From positions 1-64,000 of IMG/VR virus record IMGVR_UViG_3300011717_000032: a stretch of 64,000 bases of DNA. The stretch is one strand, 5' to 3'. The translations under genes and the position numbers were made by a program. The notes under the pieces are model-generated. The model saw only the letters and a list, made by a program, of their open reading frames with translations, was not told the DNA's origin and ran no database searches. Positions 36,879 through 45,164 of the stretch are shown one piece after another. The stretch's first letter is position 1, and the number at the start of each line of letters is the position of its first letter. The stretch is from a virus (lineage: Duplodnaviria; Caudoviricetes).

Positions 36879-36906
36879 TGGTGGAGCTGGCGGGAGTTGA
36901 ACCCGC
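36879..36906 (-). other. ssrA: 28-nt tmRNA 3'-end fragment (att-like)
   Basis: GCGGGTTCAACTCCCGCCAGCTCCACCA equals the enterobacterial ssrA 3' end; diverges immediately upstream. Confidence 0.85.
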
Positions 36907-36931
36907 CGCCACTGTGTAGATCCTGAAATGA

Positions 36932-37135
36932 CTACTGGAAGTAACCTTCCCATTCGTCAACCCAACCTTGAACCACTTGGTGCATGCTGGCGCGACCGTA
37001 TGTGAAAGAAGCAAAGTCTGGTTGCTGACGCATGTAGGCCTGGAAAAGAAGGCCTTTGGCTGGGTTGTTTTCGTGCCGCCCATCCCATTGGAGGTATAGG
37101 TCCCTACATCTGATTTTGGTTTCTTCTTTAGTCAT
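36932..37135 (-). CDS. Small hypothetical protein (67 aa)
   Basis: AAGGA RBS 8 nt before ATG 37135. Confidence 0.45.
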   Translation of the reverse strand: MTKEETKIRCRDLYLQWDGRHENNPAKGLLFQAYMRQQPDFASFTYGRASMHQVVQGWVDEWEGYFQ

Positions 37136-37304
37136 GTTGAAAATCCTTGCTACGCCTGGAAAGTGCCGAAAATCGGTTATCAAAACTGAGAAAAGGTTAC
37201 GACAAAACAGGACGTTAGGAAATCGTTGAAAGCATGAGAATTATTTGAGTTTTATAAAGAATTTCTTTTGATATCAATGAGCAATCCGCTTTCCCGGAAA
37301 CTAC

Positions 37305-37468
37305 TGCTGCGTCACATGGAGTGGTTCGAAGCCGCAGACCTGATCGTTAAAGGTATGGAAGGCGCGATTAACGCCAAAACCGTAACTTACGATTTCGAAC
37401 GTCTGATGGAAGGCGCTAAGCTGCTGAAATGTTCAGAGTTTGGTGACGCGATCATCGAAAACATGTAA
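37305..37468 (+). pseudogene. icd: 3' fragment of isocitrate dehydrogenase starting at the att core TGCTGCGTCACATGG
   Basis: [53 protein letters not shown] is the Icd C-terminus; upstream DNA is not icd. Confidence 0.93.
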
Positions 37469-37535
37469 TCCGGATTTCGGGTTATATGAAAACGGGAGCC
37501 TGATGGCTCCCGTTTTATTTACCCCTTCAGAATTC

Positions 37536-37570
37536 TTCCCCAAAATATTCCCCAAAACGCTTCCCCAAAA
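37536..37570 (+). repeat. Three TTCCCCAAAA direct repeats (integrase arm sites)
   Basis: Copies at 37536, 37548 and 37561, just past the int stop. Confidence 0.75.
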
Positions 37571-37581
37571 CTCTCCAGTGT

Positions 37582-38724
37582 TCACCCAGTTTTTGAATCG
37601 ATAACTACCCAATCTTTACCTCTGTCATCATTATATTGATCAGTTTGTTTACGAGATTTATGACCCAATAATTTCTGCGTGTCTATGCCCTGATCCCTGT
37701 ATAAACGCTCAGACAGAGAACGTTGTTCATGGAAGGTTGGGGCGGTTCCTTTTTCCCATTCAATTCCGCAGTTGTTTCTGGCCTTTTTAAAGGTTGTGGT
37801 CAAGCTGCTCGATGAGACGCAATCACCTCTTGTGGACTGCGAGGTAGAGTGCCGGAAATGAACAAGATATTTGCTCACTACAGCATCACGACATTTAGAA
37901 ACAACATCTCTTAAGGATATCCCCAATACATCACATCTCAGAGTCAAAGGGATGGCTAAGCGAGATCCTGTTTTTTCTTGTTCTACATGAAGCATGTCGT
38001 CCCAAATATCGGAGAATTTCATTTTACAGATATCCCCCAACCGTTGACCCGTAACTAAAGCCAACAGCATGCCAGTTTGTAAATACGGTTGCTGATGCTC
38101 CGCAGCCTCATAAATTTTCATCCATTCATCAAATGATAATCGATGTCGGGTAACTTTATGTCTTGGTTGCCTGGTCGCCATCGCCGGGTTGTAGCCTGGC
38201 GGAACGTGCCCGGAATGTTGAGCCTCTTTGAAAACGTCAATTAATACCATGCGAACAACTTGAGCCATTCTGTTGTGACCTTCGCTCTTTATTGCATCAG
38301 TAATTTCAGAAATATCAAGAGTTGAAATATCTTTAAGGTGCTGCATTCCGCAATGCTCTCTAAACAAGCGCAATGGCTTATTTTTTTGCAGAAAAGAGTT
38401 TGGCCTTAATTCATTATTCTTTACTCTTTCCTCCTGAATTACAGTGTATTTATCAATCCATTCAGTAACGGTGATGTCTGTTCTTTTCCCCTTCATTCTA
38501 GCCAGTCGGTCATTAACACTGAGTATTTGCCGGGTACGCTGTTCGGCAATGATTGTGTTTGCCTCAGTTGCAACTTGTTTAGCTTCGGCCTCATCAGTAC
38601 CCAGGCTATGGAATCGACCAGATACAGGATGTTTATACTGCCAGTAAACCTTTCCTGTCCGCTTATCAAGCTTGCAGTAAAGATTTGGTATTGAGATTTT
38701 ATGAGTCCGCGGTCTAGCAGCCAT
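37582..38724 (-). CDS. int: Tyrosine integrase, phage 21/e14 IntE-like
   Basis: MAARPR N-terminus, VTGQRLGD, TFHEQRSL, LLGH...Y. Confidence 0.95.
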   Translation of the reverse strand: MAARPRTHKISIPNLYCKLDKRTGKVYWQYKHPVSGRFHSLGTDEAEAKQVATEANTIIAEQRTRQILSVNDRLARMKGKRTDITVTEWIDKYTVIQEERVKNNELRPNSFLQKNKPLRLFREHCGMQHLKDISTLDISEITDAIKSEGHNRMAQVVRMVLIDVFKEAQHSGHVPPGYNPAMATRQPRHKVTRHRLSFDEWMKIYEAAEHQQPYLQTGMLLALVTGQRLGDICKMKFSDIWDDMLHVEQEKTGSRLAIPLTLRCDVLGISLRDVVSKCRDAVVSKYLVHFRHSTSQSTRGDCVSSSSLTTTFKKARNNCGIEWEKGTAPTFHEQRSLSERLYRDQGIDTQKLLGHKSRKQTDQYNDDRGKDWVVIDSKTG

Positions 38725-38950
38725 CAGAAATTATCCGTTTTAATCTGGGATTAGAATTCACAGGAATAGCAGGTTCCGCCATCATGCCAACGTAACGGGC
38801 CTCGCGGTCTACCATCCAGCATCGACCAACCTTAACAGCTGGTGGAGCGATCATTTTCCCTTTGGCATACTTTTTAAGTACACGTTCGCTGGGAGCCTGC
38901 TCACCAAATTCTTCTTTTGCCCAGTCGATTAAAGACATCATGCGCGACAT
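38714..38950 (-). CDS. xis: Excisionase (e14 XisE-like)
   Basis: WAKEEF...KYAK...KVGRCWMVD; overlaps the int start. Confidence 0.88.
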   Translation of the reverse strand: MSRMMSLIDWAKEEFGEQAPSERVLKKYAKGKMIAPPAVKVGRCWMVDREARYVGMMAEPAIPVNSNPRLKRIISDGC

Positions 38951-38983
38951 AGTTATCTCCACTAAACCGGCTGCACCCGGTTA

Positions 38984-39250
38984 CTATTTAAAAAATGTGC
39001 ATGATGAGCATCCGCCTCGGAGCCCATCATTGCAGGTACGGCATCGTTTTGTTTCAGTTCTATATAGCTGGTGGATCATCTCTTTAGGAACCATCATCGG
39101 CATCGGCACCCTGATCACCTGACGGCGGAGTTCGGCTATCTCGTCGGCCTGCTCCATGACGCGGGCGTGTAGGTCGCTGGCTTCTGCTCGCCACCATGCG
39201 ACATCGGCTTTAAGGCGGCGCGTACGCCGCTGTTTGAGTTTACTGGGCAT
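38984..39250 (-). CDS. Eaa-like early protein with C-terminal Cys motif
   Basis: RTRRLKADVAWWRAEA; CRTC...CSSC. Confidence 0.7.
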   Translation of the reverse strand: MPSKLKQRRTRRLKADVAWWRAEASDLHARVMEQADEIAELRRQVIRVPMPMMVPKEMIHQLYRTETKRCRTCNDGLRGGCSSCTFFK

Positions 39251-39380
39251 GGCTGAACACTCCCTGTATCGCGCTCCAAGCGATGTCCAGTAGTGATGTC
39301 CAGGCTACGTACAGATGAATCCCTGCAGCCACGCCAAATCCAATTACAATGGCATACTTCAACGCTTCTGACTTGCTCAC
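39240..39380 (-). CDS. 46 aa hydrophobic small protein
   Basis: Manual translation MSKSEALKYAIVIGFGVAAG...; overlaps both neighbours. Confidence 0.5.
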   Translation of the reverse strand: MSKSEALKYAIVIGFGVAAGIHLYVAWTSLLDIAWSAIQGVFSHAQ

Positions 39381-39550
39381 GGATTAACCCCCTTAGGTGG
39401 CGCATCCATCATGACGCGCCGCATGCGGCGACCACACGACAGCCGCACTTTACGCGCAGCTTTCTCGATCGCTTTAGCGGGCTTCCCGAGCGCGGAGCAG
39501 AAAATCAGGTTAGGCAGCATCACCGTGTAGACGTATCGGCCGTAGCTCAT
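39377..39550 (-). CDS. 57 aa basic small protein
   Basis: Manual translation MSYGRYVYTV...; ATGA/GTGA overlaps at both ends. Confidence 0.45.
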   Translation of the reverse strand: MSYGRYVYTVMLPNLIFCSALGKPAKAIEKAARKVRLSCGRRMRRVMMDAPPKGVNP

Positions 39551-40371
39551 TCGGCCCCCTGCTGCGGTGCTGCTGCGAAGTGGTCAATGGCCTTAGCCCA
39601 GATATCTTTGATGGTTGCCCAGTCAATTGGTACAGTGTTAGTCCACGACCCCTCGCCGCTACAATCTTCACAACCCTCACCAAAACACTCATGGCATGTC
39701 ATCGAGTATTCCAAATTGAACTCCCCGATAAGCGCTGCTTTCGCACCGTTCTCAGCGCTTAACCTCTTCGGAACAGCAACCCACCCATCGCGCAACTTGT
39801 AAGGCTGGCTTACAGGTTCGGCACCCTGAAGCATGGCGGCGCGGCAGTGGTTCCAGCCCTCATCAAACCATGCCTCAACATCGTCACCGCTCGATGAATC
39901 CGCAGGGCGTTCAGGCGGCACTTCCAGCACTGAATTTCCACACAACGTGGCGCGAGCCTGCCATGCTAACCAGGCGGCATTTTTCGCACCAACCCCAGCA
40001 ATGGGGAGGTTGTCTTCGTTATTCCATGCGTTAAATGCTGCTCGCTCATCTACCACCGCTGGCTGCGGTAACTGTGGTGCAGCGTAGAGCGGCCCCGGCG
40101 TAAGGTCATGGCGACGCAAGCGGATATCGCAAGTGCGTTCTTCAGTTGGATGATGCCAGGCGACAACATCAGCCACCGGATCCTGCCCCGCCTTCCGCAG
40201 CGCCAGCAACTCCTCGATAGCCTTCGCTGCGTCAGCCATCATGTAGCCGAGGTTGCCGCCGTCAGAACGTTTTGCTGCAGCTGCCAGTTCGTCGCGAACG
40301 CGGATCAGGCGCTCTTCTGTCAGCGGGCCGTTGGCCGGGTGGGTGGATGGGTCTTTGGTGAATTTGGTCAT
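39547..40371 (-). CDS. Mosaic Ea/Ead-like early protein
   Basis: 274 aa; modular segments typical of ea regions (GWNHCRAAMLQG). Confidence 0.75.
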   Translation of the reverse strand: MTKFTKDPSTHPANGPLTEERLIRVRDELAAAAKRSDGGNLGYMMADAAKAIEELLALRKAGQDPVADVVAWHHPTEERTCDIRLRRHDLTPGPLYAAPQLPQPAVVDERAAFNAWNNEDNLPIAGVGAKNAAWLAWQARATLCGNSVLEVPPERPADSSSGDDVEAWFDEGWNHCRAAMLQGAEPVSQPYKLRDGWVAVPKRLSAENGAKAALIGEFNLEYSMTCHECFGEGCEDCSGEGSWTNTVPIDWATIKDIWAKAIDHFAAAPQQGAE

Positions 40372-40373
40372 GG

Positions 40374-40562
40374 CTAACCCCTTAACGCTACAATTCTAAC
40401 TTCCGGATCAAACGACCCGGAAAGCTCATCAGTTGCATCCACAACGATGCTCACATGGTCGTTGTATTCATCTTCGCTCTGGTCGTGGTCTTGCCAAACT
40501 ACCATCGCCTCTGGCGGCATTTTGCGGAGCTTGCTTATCAGCTGCCTTACTGTCAGAGCCAT
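40374..40562 (-). CDS. Small hypothetical protein
   Basis: 62 aa, LTVRQLISKLRKMP. Confidence 0.65.
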   Translation of the reverse strand: MALTVRQLISKLRKMPPEAMVVWQDHDQSEDEYNDHVSIVVDATDELSGSFDPEVRIVALRG

Positions 40563-40566
40563 ATCT

Positions 40567-41175
40567 CTACTCCCCCACCTTAGTGATGATGCCAGCTGCT
40601 ACCAGTTCTGCAGTGTTGGCATCCTGGATATCAGCGAGAACTAAGCGACCATCACACAGCGCCGCGATGATTTCCTGATACTCCCAGCCGTAGCACATAC
40701 TTTCTACATAGACGCGAAGTGGTGGGTAGTCATGCTGCTTTCGGCGAATGAAAGCCTCAGCAGCCTCTCTGGTGAAGTGTGCGTTGATGTTCTGCCACTC
40801 CTTGCGAATCCCGCTTACGGTGTGTTCGTCGAGGTCAGCAAGAATCATCAGCTGCTCATCCTCTTCGCATTCCAGAAAATCGTTTTCCCACATATCCTGC
40901 GCGAGGCTATTCAACTCATCGCGCTCATCTTCGTCGGCGTCGTCCCAGTACTCCTGAGGGGATCCCCATTCGCCGCCATCGCAATGAATAATCCGGGACT
41001 CGCAGTATTCTTCAGCCAGTCCGTAAATCGTCGCCTGCTTCTGCACCATAAAAATCGGATCGGCAGTGATGTGGCGGTTAACGCCTTCACCGCGATGGTG
41101 ATACTTCAAACGCTCGATGAAATCTGCGAATGTTTCCGGAGTCAATTTTGCGCCGTCTGCGATTGACTTGCTCAT
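40567..41175 (-). CDS. Acidic early protein (Ead/Ea22-region type)
   Basis: 202 aa with a D/E-rich core. Confidence 0.75.
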   Translation of the reverse strand: MSKSIADGAKLTPETFADFIERLKYHHRGEGVNRHITADPIFMVQKQATIYGLAEEYCESRIIHCDGGEWGSPQEYWDDADEDERDELNSLAQDMWENDFLECEEDEQLMILADLDEHTVSGIRKEWQNINAHFTREAAEAFIRRKQHDYPPLRVYVESMCYGWEYQEIIAALCDGRLVLADIQDANTAELVAAGIITKVGE

Positions 41176-41366
41176 TGGGCTGCCTCCTGGCGAAGTTGGG
41201 TAACGTATTTAGCCAGTTCACCTTTTTTGTTCAGCGCCTGCATCTCCATCATGTCCGAGATAGCGAGTCCTGCGGCAGGCGAGATAACGACGAAATTGCC
41301 GTTAACTTCCAGAGTGCGGTCTTGTTCTTCCATTCGCTTAACGAATGAGACGATTTTATTGTTCAC
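41172..41366 (-). CDS. Small hypothetical protein flanked by 20-bp direct repeats
   Basis: 64 aa; repeats at 41181-41200 and 41372-41391. Confidence 0.65.
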   Translation of the reverse strand: MNNKIVSFVKRMEEQDRTLEVNGNFVVISPAAGLAISDMMEMQALNKKGELAKYVTQLRQEAAQ

Positions 41367-41857
41367 TTGGATGCCTCCTGGCGAAGTTGGGCGGCACGGT
41401 TACTGGCCTGCTGGTGAACCATTTTCCAGCCAACAACCTCATGCATATCGGATGAGCACTGCTGGTTGCTGAATTCAACCAGCATGGTCTCTGCCACGCC
41501 TGCGAGGCTATCAAGCTCACTGGCCCGAACCGCAGCTAGGAAGGAGTCGGTGGCCGGGGGTTCGCTGTGGTGCAGGGCATCATTGATAATCATCGCAGCA
41601 CATCCTGCCTGACCTGTATCCATAACCGATACATGCTCAAGGGTTACGGCCATTGCGTGTTTCAGCGCTGCATTCTCAGCAGCCAGCGCCGCGGCGATGT
41701 CACGAGTACGACGAAGCTCAAGAACAGCCACCTGAACTGCATAAGCAAAGTTTGCAGAAGGGAAGTTACGATCAATTTCTGCATCGCGCTGCATACGAAC
41801 CGCAACGGCCATCAATTCATCCAGCTGCTCGCCGGTCATTGGTTTATTGGTTGTCAT
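41363..41857 (-). CDS. Ead/Ea22-like protein
   Basis: ALAAENAALK coiled coil; PATDSFLAAVRA...QLRQ motif. Confidence 0.75.
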   Translation of the reverse strand: MTTNKPMTGEQLDELMAVAVRMQRDAEIDRNFPSANFAYAVQVAVLELRRTRDIAAALAAENAALKHAMAVTLEHVSVMDTGQAGCAAMIINDALHHSEPPATDSFLAAVRASELDSLAGVAETMLVEFSNQQCSSDMHEVVGWKMVHQQASNRAAQLRQEASK

Positions 41858-42869
41858 GATTCGCTTCCTGCTGAAGTTTGTGCTGCTTAACGAAGTGGGC
41901 CACTGCCTTTGACTGGCTGGTAACGACACCATTGAGGCTCACGTTCTTGCCGCGATAGATAGGGGCCGACCCGATCTCTTCTCCATCGAGTGAGACGTAA
42001 AGGATTTTCCCGCGTACCTCAGCGGAAGGGATTGGCTGAGACAGGCGATAGGTTTCACGGGCTTCAGCAATCGCTTTGTGTTCGTCGATAATGGACAGTG
42101 CTTCCGCCACCGCAGCACCCTGGATGGTGAATACACCTTCGTCACTGATCTCCGCCTGGGCCATCAGTTCCACGAAACGACGCGCATTCTTGATGCTGAG
42201 TTCTGGAGCGATAGCGCTGCGGGTAACTTTCGTTTTACCCTGGGCGGCCGCAACAGCTTTATCGTGCTGCAGCACCTCGCCAGCCTTTTCGCCGTACTCT
42301 CTTACGCGATCAACAGCAACATCGACGGAGACGGCCCCGGATTTAACTTCCTGCTGAACGTCATAATTCGCGGTGCTGAGCGTCAGTAACTTTTCAACGG
42401 TCCCGACTGACTTATTGACCAGCTTCGCAATCTCGCTGGTGGTCTGGTTGAAGGCGTTGTGTAGCTCCTGAATAACCGCAGCCTGCTCAATATCGGAAAG
42501 GGGCAACTGGTTATTGCTGGTCATGATCCTCGCCAGGCGCTGCACATCGCTGCCGTTGAACGGCATGATATGAATGCGGTCTACCGGCTTACCGGCTGCA
42601 CGGCAGCGCTCATAGCAGCGGCGACGGCGGTGGCCTTCAACGACCCAGACACCACCTTCATCACGTGCGATAACTTCAAGCGGAGGAACAGAACCACCGT
42701 TCATCAGGTAGGTGAACAGTTCGTCGTCTGCCTGGATGGTGCGTTCATCGTCGTCATGACGCTTGTTGAAACCTGCGCGAACGTGGATGTCGTCGAGACT
42801 GATGAACATCCCGGTATCAGTGCGCTTGATAGTCCCGTCTCGGGACATCTGCTTGAATGAGTTAGCCAT
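41844..42869 (-). CDS. ParB-like N-terminal domain DNA-binding protein
   Basis: VPPLEV...VVEGHRRRR ParB/Srx motif followed by an HTH. Confidence 0.82.
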   Translation of the reverse strand: MANSFKQMSRDGTIKRTDTGMFISLDDIHVRAGFNKRHDDDERTIQADDELFTYLMNGGSVPPLEVIARDEGGVWVVEGHRRRRCYERCRAAGKPVDRIHIMPFNGSDVQRLARIMTSNNQLPLSDIEQAAVIQELHNAFNQTTSEIAKLVNKSVGTVEKLLTLSTANYDVQQEVKSGAVSVDVAVDRVREYGEKAGEVLQHDKAVAAAQGKTKVTRSAIAPELSIKNARRFVELMAQAEISDEGVFTIQGAAVAEALSIIDEHKAIAEARETYRLSQPIPSAEVRGKILYVSLDGEEIGSAPIYRGKNVSLNGVVTSQSKAVAHFVKQHKLQQEANHDNQ

Positions 42870-43228
42870 CAGAGCGCCACCTCGTTATTGAGGAAAATGA
42901 CCACAGCAGGCAGTTCACGTAATTCACGCTGCGCTTCCAGTAAGTGCATATTGGTGGGCGTTTTGGTGTAACGTTCTTCGATGCGGTCACACTCTTTGGC
43001 CCAGCTGGTTACGTCTTCACGAAGAGTAGCGTTCTGCGTGGCCAGCTCTTTGCGCTGTGACATGGCTTCACAAAGAGCAACGCTGGTATAGTCCAGACGG
43101 TTAGCCAGTTCGGTCATGATCCCGCGATAAGCCGGGGGAAGGAGAGGGGCCGCTTTACGGGCAGCGTCGATCAACTGCTCTCTGGTCATGCGTGGTTGTA
43201 ACTCGGTGACGGTCTGTGCGTTCGTCAT
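42869..43228 (-). CDS. Hypothetical early-left protein
   Basis: 119 aa from ATG 43228 with GGAG RBS. Confidence 0.75.
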   Translation of the reverse strand: MTNAQTVTELQPRMTREQLIDAARKAAPLLPPAYRGIMTELANRLDYTSVALCEAMSQRKELATQNATLREDVTSWAKECDRIEERYTKTPTNMHLLEAQRELRELPAVVIFLNNEVAL

Positions 43229-44300
43229 GGTTAGTTTCTCCGTTATATAAGCGTCCTGCACGACGCTGAATTTTGGTTGCACGAATCCCGCGCCATACGG
43301 CGAGAGAAAATGATTCTGGTTCGCTTTAATAAGCACCCAGGGTAGGGCGCTTAATGAAGCGGGCGACTGCCATCGCCGGTTAGTTCTCCACACAGCTGGA
43401 AGCGCACTCCAACGTTTCACACCTGTCACCCATAACTGATGGATTAAGGAATGCGCTTTCAGCTGTGAAAATGGGCGGTCGGCATTAAGGACATTCACAA
43501 CTACCGACCGCCAAGACTACACACAGCTTTCGTTACTACGGGTTACCACGCTGGCTACGTGATTCTTGTGTGGTGGCTGGTGCTGATCTCCAGCTCAGTG
43601 GCGCGGTGTTTTAAAATCGTAACCGCCCGTTCCATCCGCGTTCGATCAGTCCATATGCTCGCCTAGAACGTTTCGCCTGCTTATCTTTTCTCAACCGTTT
43701 GACGGTCAGCCCCGCCATTCACCACAACGCAGAGCGCACTACGTTTGACCAACCTGCCGCCGATCTGCCCGCCTGACTGTTTGACTGACATACTGCGTAG
43801 CCACGACTCAGGACTATAAGGTTCTTGCGGGTTCCGGTGTAATGCGCTTTGCTGTTGTGTGCTGGCCTCTCACCAGCTCGACGCGACCATTATTTGTTTT
43901 AGATTCAACGCGCTTTTCTCTACTTCGTTTGTGGTGGCCGGTGCTGATCTCCGGCATCTTTTGGCCTCTTTGCGCAAGAGGGCGCATCAGCCTGCGCATT
44001 CATCACAACAAAAAGAGCACTACCGCGTTCTGCCGTCCCATCCTGGCTTTTGGTACCGCAACGGCTGCGAGATGTTTTTTGCATGCCAGCGCTCTTTTGG
44101 TTATGGCCTCGTCTCTTCCGAGGTGTCACACCTAACCGCCACGCTGGTGAAACGTCTCTGACTGTCGTTCGTGCCTGGCTTGCACATTCCGGCTACCCGG
44201 CATGGAAAGTAGCTTAGAGGAACCCTGCCGGACCGCTGCGACACATGTGCCATATGCCGTACTGCTCACCACATTGCGCGTAACAATAAGAACTGTGGTA
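43229..44300 (-). ncRNA. ~1.1 kb structured non-coding pL leader
   Basis: Three related long stems and two copies of a hairpin with compensatory changes; no convincing CDS. Confidence 0.55.
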
Positions 44301-44309
44301 CGGATTAAA

Positions 44310-44359
44310 TGTACCTTTAGTTACTTTAATGGTCAAGCGAGGAATGTACTTTTTGTTAC
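44310..44359. promoter_or_regulatory. OL operators (two 15-bp sites)
   Basis: TGTACCTTTAGTTAC (44310) and TGTACTTTTTGTTAC (44345). Confidence 0.75.
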
Positions 44360-44412
44360 CAGGAGGACCAAAAAAAAAGCCGGCTAGTTATCCGGCATTA
44401 AGAATTAGCAAC

Positions 44413-45072
44413 TTAGAGGTTTTGGGTGATTTGAACGACTTTCCCAACGATTCGGCAGTTGCCGTCTATTGGGATGGGTTTGAATGCAGGATTCAGTGGC
44501 ATCAGGTATGCGAAAGGGCTATCCCATACCAATTTTTTTACTGTCGCTTCAGCAGAACCATCGAGGAGAGCCACCACTATCTTCCCGTATAAATCATCTA
44601 GTTGACCATAATGAGGTTCAACAATAACGATAGATCCTTCAGGGATGGAGGGTAACCCATGGGGATTGGTCATCGACTCCCCACGAACTACTAAACCGAA
44701 TACCTCATCAGAAACATTTGCCGTAGTTTGCGTCCATGTAATCACGTCAGTAAGCCTTGAACATGCGTAAGTATCAGTCCACATCCCAGCCTGGACAGCA
44801 GAGATTATAGGGACTGCAGTAGGTGGTTTTAGGAATGGGATAACTTTGGTGTCATCAGTCTTTTCCTCACCTTTACCATAAAGTATCCATTCGGGGCTAG
44901 TTTGCAGCGCCATGGCCAGCTGGTGGAGGTTTTCACCGTCAGGCTTTGTCGTGCCGTTCTCCCACTTAGTCACAGACACGCGACTAACCCCAAGCCTTTT
45001 AGCAAGAGTCTGCTGTGTTATGTCGAGTTGGACTCGTCGGGATCTTATTCGGTCTTTCATCTCTGTTTTCAT
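44413..45072 (-). CDS. cI: CI-type repressor (HTH + S24 peptidase)
   Basis: HTH; VQAG cleavage site, RGESM and VKKL motifs. Confidence 0.93.
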   Translation of the reverse strand: MKTEMKDRIRSRRVQLDITQQTLAKRLGVSRVSVTKWENGTTKPDGENLHQLAMALQTSPEWILYGKGEEKTDDTKVIPFLKPPTAVPIISAVQAGMWTDTYACSRLTDVITWTQTTANVSDEVFGLVVRGESMTNPHGLPSIPEGSIVIVEPHYGQLDDLYGKIVVALLDGSAEATVKKLVWDSPFAYLMPLNPAFKPIPIDGNCRIVGKVVQITQNL

Positions 45073-45134
45073 GTAACCAATGTTACATAGAATCCTCGTA
45101 ACTGTTGTTTGCTATTTGATGTACCTTTTGTTAC
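45072..45134. promoter_or_regulatory. OR operators
   Basis: TGTAACCAATGTTAC (45072) and TGTACCTTTTGTTAC (45120) match the OL consensus. Confidence 0.75.
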
Positions 45135-45164
45135 CTTTAAAGCGTGAATTAAACAGGAGGAGTC

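Larger units (their letters stand above)
1..37304. mobile_element. Prophage module 1 (HK97-like head, long tail); left end lies outside the window
   Basis: Full gene order int-xis-early-cI-cro-replication-Q-lysis-head-tail; right boundary placed at the icd att core. Confidence 0.9.

Noticed and set aside
36879-36906. tRNA or complete tmRNA gene
   Set aside because: Only the 28-nt T-arm/CCA end matches; the upstream sequence diverges at once, so it is a fragment
37268-37468. ORF-track 66-aa protein as a real gene
   Set aside because: The first ~13 residues come from phage DNA read into the icd 3' fragment; no RBS support
43229-43498. N-terminal extension of ORF 42869-43498, and short ORFs at 43814-44387
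   Set aside because: They run through hairpin-dense sequence, have atypical composition and lack RBSs; a good RBS precedes ATG 43228
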